DNA of 64,000 bases, from positions 4,025 to 68,024 of the forward strand of contig JALWOZ010000012.1 of the NCBI GenBank assembly GCA_027083345.1, given 5' to 3'. The translations under genes were made by a program, and so were the position numbers. The first letter of the stretch is position 1; every line of letters starts with the position of its first letter. Source of the DNA: Candidatus Kaiserbacteria bacterium. GTDB taxonomy: Bacteria; Patescibacteriota; Minisyncoccia; Phycocordibacterales; UBA2100. The notes beneath the pieces are model-generated. The model was not told the DNA's origin. It was given only the letters and a program-made list of their open reading frames with translations, and did no database searches. Positions 21,224 to 31,191 of this stretch are shown here, piece by piece.

Positions 21224-21982
21224 ATGAAGTTATTTAGTAGTGAATTTGCACATAACTACGGTACGTACTCTTTTGGATATTGTAACTATTGTAAATATGA
21301 AGCCGGAGACTCTCTTAGTGAGATATACAATAAAGGCTACTTACCCTACTCGGGCTCTAGTGATGTTTTTGATACTTTCTATATGGCGCGTAGTACCCGT
21401 CTATATTTAAAAGACTGGAAACCCAATAGTGAGAACCGCAGAGTATTGCGCAAACACAAAGATACATTTAAGCGTACAAAATATATAAAAAGAGACTTTA
21501 CTATAAGTGAAGATTTTAAAGAGTTTTGCTTAAACTACTTTAAAGAACATCATGGCAAACACACAATGCCAAAAGGGCGTCTAGAGCATATCTTGCAAGA
21601 ACAAGCCCTTACACACATTGTACAATACGATGTTGCCGGAGAATTGGCAGGCTATGTATTTTTAGCTCAAGACGCAGATATTACCCATATATGGTTCTAC
21701 TTCTACGCTCCTGAATATTCTAAAAACTCTTTTGGTATGTGGGTTATGCTTAATGAGGCTCTAGAAGCTCAAAAAGATGGGCAAGTATATTTTTATCTTG
21801 GTACAGCATATGGAGACAAATCAAGATACAAAATGAACTTTTCTAACCTGGAGTTTTGGGATGGTGCTATTTGGCAACAAGACAAGAAAAATAATGAGGT
21901 TAAAGCCCGCATAAAAAATGACCACTTAGACCTAGTAGACTCTACAGACAACTTTAAAAAGAGTAAGTATAACTTCTTTTAA
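21224..21982 (+). CDS. ATE/Bpt-like aminoacyl-tRNA-dependent transferase (GNAT fold)
   Basis: NRRVLRK, FYAPEYSKNSFG, YFYLG..YK pattern resembling ATE_C. Confidence 0.65.
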   Translation: MKLFSSEFAHNYGTYSFGYCNYCKYEAGDSLSEIYNKGYLPYSGSSDVFDTFYMARSTRLYLKDWKPNSENRRVLRKHKDTFKRTKYIKRDFTISEDFKEFCLNYFKEHHGKHTMPKGRLEHILQEQALTHIVQYDVAGELAGYVFLAQDADITHIWFYFYAPEYSKNSFGMWVMLNEALEAQKDGQVYFYLGTAYGDKSRYKMNFSNLEFWDGAIWQQDKKNNEVKARIKNDHLDLVDSTDNFKKSKYNFF

Positions 21983-22062
21983 AAAACAATTTACTTGTAT
22001 AAGCCAATCATCTGTAGTATAAACACATACGGACAATAAAAATTGAAAAAAGGAGTCTTAAA

Positions 22063-22839
22063 ATGGTTTATCAGTTTAGTATACCTCGCTCGGATATTTG
22101 GGTGAGCATTTTTGATCCCAGTTACGGGGTCAAGATTGATCGCAAAAATTTTGATACCTTCCGACCAATTGCGGCAAAACTACCTAAGTGGGTCAAGCAT
22201 CTGTATATGCCGAAACCTACGCAATTCAACGCAAAAGTCGTTGAGCCTCCCGACTTTTGGGAGAGCTTCAATGTAGGGAGGGTCAAGGTGCATCAAGGCG
22301 TACTCGCTGACGGGTGCATTATACCGCCCAAAAGCGCCTTCGCCGTGACCTCGGCCGATTGCCCAACAATCGTTGCCTATGGCAACGATATTAACGGCCA
22401 TTTGCAGGTTGTCGCGGCGCACGCCGGGCGCGACAGCTTGGTAAAAGGCACTGACATCATGTCTATGTCAGACAAGAGTGTAGTCGCAAATGCTGTGGGC
22501 AAACTGACATCGGCTGGTGTGCCTGCAAAAAAAGTGCATATGCACATTTACTGTGGCATCCGAACGGGGTTTACTCACCCGCTGGATCACCCCCAGTATG
22601 GAGCGAAGAACCGGAGGCTCTTTGTGTATGCAAATATGTACAAAGGAGCTATTCGCAACGAAGAGACTTGCGAGATTGACCTCTATGAGCTCATTAGGGG
22701 TCAGGCCATGGACTGTGATGTGCTGCCCAAAAATGTCGTATTTGACGACGTTGACACCGGCGCGGACAAGCGCTGGGCAAGTACCAGTCGTGAGCCCGGC
22801 ACAGACAAGAGGAATCTTGTCATCGTGTGCCGAGGATGA
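22063..22839 (+). CDS. YfiH/PgeF-family (laccase-domain) protein, divergent
   Basis: ADG, TSADCP, AAHAGR motifs; more GC-rich than flanks; AAAGGAG upstream. Confidence 0.75.
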   Translation: MVYQFSIPRSDIWVSIFDPSYGVKIDRKNFDTFRPIAAKLPKWVKHLYMPKPTQFNAKVVEPPDFWESFNVGRVKVHQGVLADGCIIPPKSAFAVTSADCPTIVAYGNDINGHLQVVAAHAGRDSLVKGTDIMSMSDKSVVANAVGKLTSAGVPAKKVHMHIYCGIRTGFTHPLDHPQYGAKNRRLFVYANMYKGAIRNEETCEIDLYELIRGQAMDCDVLPKNVVFDDVDTGADKRWASTSREPGTDKRNLVIVCRG

Positions 22840-22847
22840 GAATCAAC

Positions 22848-22876
22848 AAGCGCGGACTCTGCGGAGCCCGCGCTTT
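22848..22876. terminator. Hairpin between the pgeF-like gene and tRNA-Ile
   Basis: AAGCGCGGACTC-TGCG-GAGCCCGCGCTT. Confidence 0.65.
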
Positions 22877-22883
22877 AACAATG

Positions 22884-22957
22884 TACGCGTACCAGGATTC
22901 GAACCTGGGACCTCATCAGTATCAGTGATGCGCTCTAACCAACTGAGCTATACGCGT
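22884..22957 (-). tRNA. tRNA-Ile(GAT), CCA not encoded
   Basis: Acceptor ACGCGTA/TACGCGT, anticodon arm CATCA-CTGATAC-TGATG, GTTCGAATC. Confidence 0.95.
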
Positions 22958-23006
22958 ATAACGATAAATACTGTGCGAAGAAGTATATCAGACTTTTTGT
23001 AGATTT

Positions 23007-23822
23007 CTACCTATCTAAGCCCTCGCCTAATCTACTATAATTCTTAATAACCTCACCACAATGACGACAATGTACTGCATCAAGTTCATGCATTGAGAGA
23101 CCACATTTACTGCACTTGACATGTGCCCTCTTACCTCGGAATACGGCTCTGGACATATGCATAAAGAGCAAGATGCCGACAACCATTGCAACAACAGAGA
23201 TAAGCTTCCCTCCCTGCCCAACCACTGTAACATCTCCATAGCCTGTGGTGGTCAGAGTAGAAACTGCAAAATACAATGCATCTATATATGTATTAATATT
23301 AGGATTATGAGTAACTTGAGAAGCATAAATAACAGCAGTGGTTACCAATAAAAATATAATAAAGTTAATAACACTAGCCACTATATCCCAATTACGCGCA
23401 ACTACCTGACTCTGGATTTTAGACAAATTCATTATCCTGTATATACGAAATACTCGTATCCACTTTATAAGCCTAAGTGCTGCAAAATTACCAACAAACA
23501 ATGGCATAAAAAGCGAACCTATAACAAGAACGTCTATAAGACTAAACAAATTGAAAACAAATTTAACCTTTTTAGGTGATACCCATAATTGAGCCAAATA
23601 TTCTAATGTAAACACTAAACCAAAAAACACTTCTATACTCTTGATAAGCCAATGTCTCTCAGGGAAAGCTACCTCTATTATAAACAAAGAGAAAACAAAA
23701 AGGTTAACAATTATCAATATAATATAAAACTGCTGACTTTGCTTGCTCTTACCCGCAAACAGACTACGCACCTTCTTCTTTAACTTGTCCCTAGTTTTTT
23801 GCTGATCTTTTTTAACTGTCAT
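23007..23822 (-). CDS. Voltage-gated-type potassium channel / ion transporter
   Basis: TTTGYGD selectivity filter, Arg-rich S4 helix, C-terminal CxxC..CxxC. Confidence 0.9.
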   Translation of the reverse strand: MTVKKDQQKTRDKLKKKVRSLFAGKSKQSQQFYIILIIVNLFVFSLFIIEVAFPERHWLIKSIEVFFGLVFTLEYLAQLWVSPKKVKFVFNLFSLIDVLVIGSLFMPLFVGNFAALRLIKWIRVFRIYRIMNLSKIQSQVVARNWDIVASVINFIIFLLVTTAVIYASQVTHNPNINTYIDALYFAVSTLTTTGYGDVTVVGQGGKLISVVAMVVGILLFMHMSRAVFRGKRAHVKCSKCGLSMHELDAVHCRHCGEVIKNYSRLGEGLDR

Positions 23823-23900
23823 ACGTATACCACTACTTAAAGACTACTTTTGTACCCTTAAGTGTAGCATGTATTATACCACTTTCTTTAAGAACTTGCT

Positions 23901-25700
23901 CTACTGAATATATGGCGCTCGCGGAGTACCATTCCATCGAACGTATTCAACTTCAACATCAGGTTTGGCGTTTGGTACAGGGAAACCTAAATTGCTACCG
24001 AAAAACAATCTACTATATAATTTTGAGCCGTCAAACCCACATACATACGGCGCAACATCTCCCCCTATATGATAATCATAAATAACAGGTATAGGATTAT
24101 CGTCAAGATACACATATGCATAAATACTCTCTTTAGGCAAAACTAAACGTATTTTATGGAACTTGTCAGTCAAGTCTGTTTTATATGTATCAAACCCTAC
24201 TCCAAGCGTACCTGAAGACATAGTAATACCATCCGGAGACAAACTAAGGGTTACTGTGCCAAACTGACTAAGATAAGAAACTACCCAAGCATTACTGTCG
24301 CTGTTAGGTTTAACACGTGCTTTTACCTCTAATGTAATACCGCTAGTGCCTGTAGTACCACTTGGACTACATACCATATGTGAAGAAGCATCATTCCAAA
24401 GAGTTGTATTTGGTAAAGATCCCGCAACCACACCCTGTCCTCCATACAAAGCACCGTTAAACCCTTGTACAGAATTAATCATGCCAGAGAAAGCCTCGCT
24501 AATCGAAGCACTAATCGGCAAAGATGGTATTGTTGGTTTTTGTTGTACTGGCGTTAATCTCTGAGAAGGTGCGAAGCTACCTAATCTATATTTAACATAA
24601 TCTATCACATATGCTGCATTTTTATCCGGAGCATTGCTTGCATCTCCTATAAGTAACTGGGGATATTTATAATAAGTCTGCAACTCTTGAGAAAGGCTAT
24701 TTTGAGTAGGAGCCATAGCATACCCAGCCTCTACACCATCAATATAAACATGCATCCTATATGCAGACCCTTGTTTATTGCTTTGTGTAATCCGTATAGT
24801 ATGGAACTTTGATCCTCCTCCAAAATCTCTCGTAAACACATTATCATCTACGTCTCCAGTCCCTACACGAACAGTACCTATACGAGAATTCCAAGTAGGA
24901 GTTAGTGAGACTCTCCATTGAGCACGACCTTTCTCTCCAACAAAACTAACTATAAAACCATCTTTATCTGTTTGCTCATATAATTTAACTCGCATCTCTA
25001 CGGTCATTCCTTTATCTACTGCACTATCAAGCAGAGGATCACGAATCCAAAAATTACCTGTCTCTAATTTATCTATAGCCCGATACCCCACATCATACGT
25101 GTCGACATCCATAAAACCACGTGATGGATAATTTAACCGTTGTGAGGCACTAAATAAAGGTTTGCCTGTATTGGCCATATAATTCCAATCATCCGGTCCT
25201 CCAATATCCCACCTAAAGGGATTTGGTACATTATCTGATGGAGTATCTGAACCATCAAATACATTATGCCACAAACCTCCATCAAACGTATAATTCCACA
25301 TAGCGGAACGTTCATTTATAAACGTTTGAGAATCTTGAGATTGGCATGTTGCATTTGTGTATGAACCATCCAATATCCCATCTATACAAGTCCTAACCTG
25401 ACTTTGACATTGACTGCCGTAAGGTACTGTCGAATCTTTATATGCTATTACATTACTCCCATGCGCTATGGTCTGCCCACCAAAAATACAAGACTTAGGA
25501 GCAACACACGACTGTTTAGATGAAGCTGAATAAGCATTCAATTCTCTCTTTAATTCAACAATTTGAGTTTGCAGCAACCCTATTATCTTAAGTAGAGACT
25601 GAATTTGATTAAATAATACGTCTGCCGTAACTGCACGAGCTGTTACAGGCAATACAAAAAATATTGCGACTATTAATAGTGTTAATATTGTCTTTCTCAT
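23901..25700 (-). CDS. Secreted protein: coiled coil, Cys-rich module, two lectin/LamG-like repeats
   Basis: Signal peptide; internal duplication (MTVEMRVK/ITLEVKARVK, FHTIRI/FHKIRL, VYIDG/VYLDD, DYVKY/EYVRW). Confidence 0.6.
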   Translation of the reverse strand: MRKTILTLLIVAIFFVLPVTARAVTADVLFNQIQSLLKIIGLLQTQIVELKRELNAYSASSKQSCVAPKSCIFGGQTIAHGSNVIAYKDSTVPYGSQCQSQVRTCIDGILDGSYTNATCQSQDSQTFINERSAMWNYTFDGGLWHNVFDGSDTPSDNVPNPFRWDIGGPDDWNYMANTGKPLFSASQRLNYPSRGFMDVDTYDVGYRAIDKLETGNFWIRDPLLDSAVDKGMTVEMRVKLYEQTDKDGFIVSFVGEKGRAQWRVSLTPTWNSRIGTVRVGTGDVDDNVFTRDFGGGSKFHTIRITQSNKQGSAYRMHVYIDGVEAGYAMAPTQNSLSQELQTYYKYPQLLIGDASNAPDKNAAYVIDYVKYRLGSFAPSQRLTPVQQKPTIPSLPISASISEAFSGMINSVQGFNGALYGGQGVVAGSLPNTTLWNDASSHMVCSPSGTTGTSGITLEVKARVKPNSDSNAWVVSYLSQFGTVTLSLSPDGITMSSGTLGVGFDTYKTDLTDKFHKIRLVLPKESIYAYVYLDDNPIPVIYDYHIGGDVAPYVCGFDGSKLYSRLFFGSNLGFPVPNAKPDVEVEYVRWNGTPRAPYIQ

Positions 25701-25786
25701 AAACTGTAGTGTAACATATGTAATCAATATAACTACTACTTTATACTAACACAACACTACTATACATATGTTATCAATTAATGTTG

Positions 25787-27931
25787 TCAATTAAAGATAA
25801 TTTTATCACCCTTAAGTGTAGCACGGATTGTATCACCGTCTTCAAACTTACCTCCAATAAGTGCCATTGCCAGCTCATCTAAGAGCTCTGTCTGTACGGC
25901 CCTCTTGAGCGGACGCGCACCGTACGCTGGGTCATAACCAACCTTTGCTATATGATCTTTAACAGCGTCATCTACCTCTAGGGTAATATTGCGCTCGTCT
26001 TTAATACTCTTTATTACTTGCTTGATTTGTATCTCTGCTATCTGTCGTAACATCTCTTTATCAAGAGCTGTAAATTGCACTATGTCGTCAATTCTATTCA
26101 AAAACTCTGGCCTAAAGTGCACTCTCACAGCATCCATCACCTTCTTCTCAGCACTCTTATCTACCTTGCCATCTTTGTCTCCAAGTAAGAATTCACTACC
26201 GATGTTACTTGTGAGTATGATTATTGTATTACTGAAGTTGACAGTCCTGCCATGATTGTCTGTGAGTCTACCATCGTCAAGAACCTGCAAGAGTAAGTTA
26301 AATACCTCCGGGTGAGCCTTCTCAACCTCATCAAAGAGCACTACTGAGTATGGCCTACGGCGCACAGGCTCTGTGAGTTGCCCTCCCTCCTCGTGACCGA
26401 TGTAGCCAGGAGGCGCACCTATAAGCCTGGCTACAGAGTGCTTCTCCATATACTCACTCATATCTATCCTCACCATCGCCTTCTTGGAGTCAAAGAGCTC
26501 TAGTGCAAGCGCTCTTGCAAGCTCCGTCTTGCCGACCCCTGTAGGCCCAAGGAAGAGAAATGAACCAATGGGCTTCTCATGACTCTTGAGGCCAGCGCGA
26601 CTCCTGCGCACCGCACGCGCCACAGCGCTCACAGCCTCCTCTTGCCCTACAACATGCTTTTGCAATTGCTCCTCAAGCTTTGTCAACTTGTCTGCCTCGG
26701 CCTCTACAAGGCGCTCGCTTGGTATACCCGTCCAGTGAGCCACTACCTTTGCCACATCCTCCTCTGTCACTTCCTCACGGATCATACGCTTGCTCTCTGG
26801 TATGACCTCAAGCTCCTTCTGCAACTCTGCTATCTCCTTCTCTAGCTTTGGTATTTTATTATATTGTATTTCCGCAACCTTCTCATATAGTGCCTCACGC
26901 TCATACTGCTCCATCTCCGTCCTTAAGTAGTCTATCTTCTCAGCAACCTCTTTTTGTTTGGCCAGAGCCTCCTTCTCCTTCTTCCACTGCTCCATCTCTT
27001 TATCATTCTCCTCTTTGAGATTTTTGATCCTCTCCTCTATTTTTTGCAATTTCTCTTTATTCTTTGTGCCTTTCTCTTTCTTTAGCATCTCCTTCTCTAT
27101 CTCTAGGCGGGCTATCTCTCTGTTGGCACTGTCTAGCACAGCAGGCATACTCTCTGCCTCTGTCTTAAGCACGCTTGTGGCTTCATCTACCAAATCTATT
27201 GCCTTATCTGGTAAAAAGCGGTCTGAGATGTACCTGTCTGAGAGCTTAGCGGCAGCCACAAGAGCCTCATCTGAGATGCGTACTCCGTGGTGTACCTCAT
27301 ACTTCTCTTTAAGCCCTCGCAAGATTGCTATTGTGTCCTCCACACTCGGCTCACCAACATATACTGGCTGGAAGCGTCGCTCTAACGCCTGATCCTTCTC
27401 TATATATTGTCTGTACTCCTCTAGGGTAGTGGCTCCTATCATATGTAACTGCCCGCGCGCAAGCATGGGCTTAAGCATATTGGCCGCGTCCATTGCTCCG
27501 CTTGTTTTGCCTGCTCCAACTATAGTGTGGAGCTCGTCTATAAAGAGTATTATCTGTCCCTGAGCCTTCTCCACCTCCTCAAGGAGCTTCTGCAAGCGCT
27601 CCTCAAACTCACCTTGATACTTGGCCCCTGCTATGAGGCTACTCATCTCTATCCCTACCACTCTCTTATCTTTAATACTCTCTGGTACATCTCCTGCAAT
27701 TATCCTCTGTGCTAACCCCTCCACTATAGCCGTCTTACCGACTCCGGGCTCGCCAATGAGCACGGGGTTGTTCTTACGCCTCCTGGCAAGCACCTGCATC
27801 ATACGACGCACCTCCTCGTCTCTACCTATCACCGGGTCGAGCTTACCCTCCTTGGCAAGTGCTGTGAAGTCTGTACCGTACTTCTCTAACACACTCTCAT
27901 TTTGACCTTGTTGTGATTGTTGGTTTGGCAT
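25787..27931 (-). CDS. clpB: ClpB chaperone lacking the N-terminal domain
   Basis: GEPGVGKT and [11 protein letters not shown] modules, coiled-coil M domain, GARPL. Confidence 0.93.
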   Translation of the reverse strand: MPNQQSQQGQNESVLEKYGTDFTALAKEGKLDPVIGRDEEVRRMMQVLARRRKNNPVLIGEPGVGKTAIVEGLAQRIIAGDVPESIKDKRVVGIEMSSLIAGAKYQGEFEERLQKLLEEVEKAQGQIILFIDELHTIVGAGKTSGAMDAANMLKPMLARGQLHMIGATTLEEYRQYIEKDQALERRFQPVYVGEPSVEDTIAILRGLKEKYEVHHGVRISDEALVAAAKLSDRYISDRFLPDKAIDLVDEATSVLKTEAESMPAVLDSANREIARLEIEKEMLKKEKGTKNKEKLQKIEERIKNLKEENDKEMEQWKKEKEALAKQKEVAEKIDYLRTEMEQYEREALYEKVAEIQYNKIPKLEKEIAELQKELEVIPESKRMIREEVTEEDVAKVVAHWTGIPSERLVEAEADKLTKLEEQLQKHVVGQEEAVSAVARAVRRSRAGLKSHEKPIGSFLFLGPTGVGKTELARALALELFDSKKAMVRIDMSEYMEKHSVARLIGAPPGYIGHEEGGQLTEPVRRRPYSVVLFDEVEKAHPEVFNLLLQVLDDGRLTDNHGRTVNFSNTIIILTSNIGSEFLLGDKDGKVDKSAEKKVMDAVRVHFRPEFLNRIDDIVQFTALDKEMLRQIAEIQIKQVIKSIKDERNITLEVDDAVKDHIAKVGYDPAYGARPLKRAVQTELLDELAMALIGGKFEDGDTIRATLKGDKIIFN

Positions 27932-28085
27932 AAGCTCTATAGATTAGTTAATAATTTTAATATTTATATTATACACCGCCTGTCAAGTATCACAAAAACT
28001 TGCAAATTGCTCTCTCTCTTGGTATTTTTGTCTTTAGAGTCACAATAGCAATTCCGCCAGTGGCAAAAACAAGGAGGAAAAAAAT

Positions 28086-28232
28086 ATGGGGAGAAAGATG
28101 AGAACAGCCCCTCAGAAAAAACACGCAATGAGGGGATTCGTACCTCGTTGCGGAAGGGGGTCTAACGGCCCCAAGAAAATGAAAGCTCGGTGCTGTCTGA
28201 GTAGACACAGGCGTAGGAGGAAACCTGTATGA
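28086..28232 (+). CDS. 48-aa highly basic small protein (not in ORF track)
   Basis: AAGGAGG upstream of ATG; MGRKMRTAPQKKHAMRGFVPRCGRGSNGPKKMKARCCLSRHRRRRKPV; terminator follows. Confidence 0.5.
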   Translation: MGRKMRTAPQKKHAMRGFVPRCGRGSNGPKKMKARCCLSRHRRRRKPV

Positions 28233-28259
28233 TCTCTCAATGAACATCAAAGGAACATC

Positions 28260-28291
28260 AAAGCCCCAAGATAGTAATATCTTGGGGCTTT
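28260..28291. terminator. Intrinsic terminator hairpin
   Basis: AAAGCCCCAAGATA-GTAA-TATCTTGGGGCTTT perfect inverted repeat. Confidence 0.8.
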
Positions 28292-28684
28292 AACTTATCC
28301 GTTACAATTAAATAGCTAATCACCATACACTAAACCTGCAATTTCTCAATTACACAGTCTTAAAAATGTAGAAACAAATGAGTGTATACTCTTTTGTTTC
28401 GTCCACTTTACCACAGTGCACTCTCTGCTGTGGATTTCGGCTGTCTTTCCAGCTGTCATGTATAGATTAAGGTGCAATACAATTGCCCAATAGCAATAGT
28501 GCTATTATCGACAAGTAAGTCAAGTATGCGTACGCAATACTCGACGGATTCCATTTGGATTGATTCCACGACCAGCTTCCGCTAGCCGTGCCTTGTTACG
28601 ACTTATACCTTGTCACTGAATTTACCTTAGGCTGCCATAAAGACAGACTTTGGGTACTCCCAGCTCCCTTGTATTGACGGGCGG

Positions 28685-29578
28685 ATTGCAATAATGAAGG
28701 TTATCATCTTGCGTTCCCACGTAGCAAACGGTTTTCCCGTACTACGCGAGTCCAATAGTTCACTGATTCATACTTTGCTTAAAAGTACGAATCTTTTCAA
28801 TACCTTTTGGTGTCAGATGCTTACCTTGGCTAACCAAGTCTGCAATCTGACAAAAGATTTTGAAGCTTCTACCTTTAGAGGTAGTCTGCAGTTTATGCTT
28901 TTTGAAAAATGGAATCAGTGTTGACTCTATATCTCTCCAAGCACTTACAGTGTATCTATAACACTGAGTGTGATTTTTACGTTGTTCTTTTTGAAAATAT
29001 ACATTGCCACAATTAAGGGTTTTGCATATTCTATCTAGTATTCCTTTGTCTTTTGCTTGTAATTTTAAGTGAAAGTGCAACTGCACCTTATATCCACTTT
29101 TATAAGCTTTTGACTTAACAATACTGACATAAAAACAACCTTCACCATCAGTGATACCAACAATGTAATCTGCTGATACTATCGGTTTCGTCCTTCCCAT
29201 GCTACTTATTATAACATAACTTGCTATAATTAGATTGACGCATGGTACTACGACTCAGCTGACTTCTCATAACTTCTGACAAAACCTTTTCGGTGTCATG
29301 AGATCTCCCTGGGTCACTCTACATACCATTCTAAACATCCAACTACGACTTTTATCGTATACTTCTTCAATACCCACCAGAGTGAATCGTATACGTCGTT
29401 TTGATTATCATGTATTGCTACATGGAAGGCTGTTCTTCGCTACTTAGACCCTTCAGACGCTCTCTCGCGAGACGCGTCCTGTCTTTTCACTACGCTTATC
29501 TTACAACCGGTTGACTATAAGTAAGGGATTGATTTTAACAATCTGGCATTTTGTAGAGCTGCCAGGCACAGTTATTTG
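28685..29578 (-). mobile_element. Group II (IIC-like) intron in 16S rRNA at about E. coli position 1398
   Basis: Removal restores TTGTACTCA|CCGCCCGTCA; DV-like hairpin with CGC triad (28716-28750); DVI with bulged A at -8; ends in AU; IIC-like GGGAGAUCUC..GAGAAGUCAGC motif; EBS1 GGUGGGUAU (29370-29378) complementary to the exon junction. Confidence 0.85.
28760..29200 (-). CDS. Single-motif LAGLIDADG homing endonuclease (intron encoded)
   Basis: YIVGITDGEGCF, IPFFKKHKLQT.K..SF..F. Confidence 0.93.
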   Translation of the reverse strand: MGRTKPIVSADYIVGITDGEGCFYVSIVKSKAYKSGYKVQLHFHLKLQAKDKGILDRICKTLNCGNVYFQKEQRKNHTQCYRYTVSAWRDIESTLIPFFKKHKLQTTSKGRSFKIFCQIADLVSQGKHLTPKGIEKIRTFKQSMNQ

Positions 29579-31153
29579 TGAGTACAAGGCTCGAGAACGT
29601 ATTCACCGTGACTTGCTGATTCACGATTACTAGCGATTCCGACTTCATGAGGTCGAGTTGCAGACCTCAATCCGAACTTGGGCTACTTTTAGGGATTTGC
29701 TCCAGCTTACGCCATCGCGCCCCTCTGTAGTAACCATTGTAGCGTGTGTGCAGCCCGGGATGTCAAAGGGACATGCTGACTTGGCGTCATCCTCACCTTC
29801 CTCCCCCGTGAGGGGGCAGTCTCGCCTGACAAATATAACAGGCAACGAGGGTTGCGTTCGTTACCCCACTTAAGGGAACAATTCAAACCACGAACTGACG
29901 ACAGCCATGCATCACCTGCCTAACACCCTCGAAGGAACCTATCTTTCAATAGGCGTGCAGTTAGGTTTCAAACCCCGGTAAGGTTTTCCGTTTAGCTACG
30001 AATTAAGCCACGCGCTCCACCGCTTGTGCGAGCCCCCGTCTATTCCTTTGAGTTTTAAACTTGCGTTCGTACTACCCAGGCGGTCCGTTTAACGCGTTAG
30101 CTACGTCTCAGAGAGGGTCGATGCTCCCTAAAACTAACGGACAGCGTTTAGGCCTAGGACTACTGGGGTATCTAATCCCATTCGCTACCCTAGGTTTCGT
30201 GTCTCAGCGTCAGGAGTGGTCCAGTGTGTTGCCTTCGCTTTTGGTGTTCCCCAAGATATCAACGGATTTCACCCCTACACCTTGAGTTCCACACACCTCT
30301 ACCATCCTCTAGTGTTGCCGTTTCGCTCGCCTTCCCGGGGTTAGGCCCCGGACTTTAACAAACGACTAACAACACCGCCTACACACCCTTTACGCCCAGT
30401 GAATCCGGGTAACGCTTGAGGCTCACGTATTACCGCTCCTGCTGGCACGTGATTAGGAGCCCCTTATTCATGAGGTAACGTCAATAAACTTCCTCCCTCA
30501 TAAAAGGTATTTACGCACCGAAGTGCTTCATCTACCACGCGGCATCGCACCGTCACACTTTCGTGCATTGCGGATGATTCTCGACTGCAGCCTCCCGTAG
30601 GAGTTTGGACCGTGTCTAAGTTCCAATGGTGGGGGTCAGGCTCTCACCTCCCCTAAGCGTCGTAGCCTTGGTAAGCCATTACCTTACCAACAAGCTGATA
30701 CTAAGCAGGCCGCTCCATAAGCGATAAATCTTTCCTCTTGCGAGATATCGTGTATTATCCTGGATTTCTCCAGGTTATTCACGACTTATGGGTACGTTCC
30801 TACCTGTTACTACCCCGTTTGCCATGGGTCTAACCCATTCGACTTGCATGCCTTATCCATGCCGCCAGCGTTCACCCTGAGCTAGGATCAAACTCTAATT
30901 AAAAAGTGAACGAAACAAAAGAAAATACAATCTTTTGATATCGTGGTTGTTACTGATTCTTTTAAAACGTAATGTTTTGTGTAGTTTAAACTTTTCTAAA
31001 CAAAAAGAAATATACAGGTTTTGTATATATGATGCAAATATATACTTAATAAAAAATTAAATATAATTTGCTTCTATCTATTCAATTATCAACGAACTTG
31101 CCCTGAACAAAGTTGAAGGGCTAACTTGAGCGCAAAGCGCACAAGTGTCGCCT

Positions 31154-31181
31154 ATTATACACATAAGTTAATGCTATGCAA
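31154..31181 (-). promoter_or_regulatory. rRNA promoter
   Basis: TTGCAT-16 nt-TATAAT about 250 nt upstream of the 16S. Confidence 0.6.
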
Positions 31182-31191
31182 ACGATATTAA

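Larger units (their letters stand above)
28554..30903 (-). rRNA. rrs: 16S rRNA gene, intron-containing and unlinked from 23S/5S; ends approximate
   Basis: AGAGTTTGATCCTAGCTCAG at the 5' end, GTGCCAGCAGGAGCGGTAA, AAACTCAAAGGAATAGACGG, AAGTCGTAACAAGG; flanking processing stem 30906-30923 pairs with 28389-28406. Confidence 0.98.

Noticed and set aside
22063..22957. pgeF-like islet as an element integrated at tRNA-Ile
   Set aside because: No duplicated tRNA 3' end and no integrase seen
27990..28250. 86-aa minus-strand ORF
   Set aside because: The opposite-strand 48-aa ORF has SD, promoter and terminator support; this one has none
28685..29578. Calling the 16S insert a group I intron because it encodes a LAGLIDADG protein
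   Set aside because: The 5' exon does not end in U and the insert does not end in G; DV/DVI-like and EBS1-like elements point to group II
29645..30285. Short ORFs inside the 16S gene
   Set aside because: Spurious frames within rRNA
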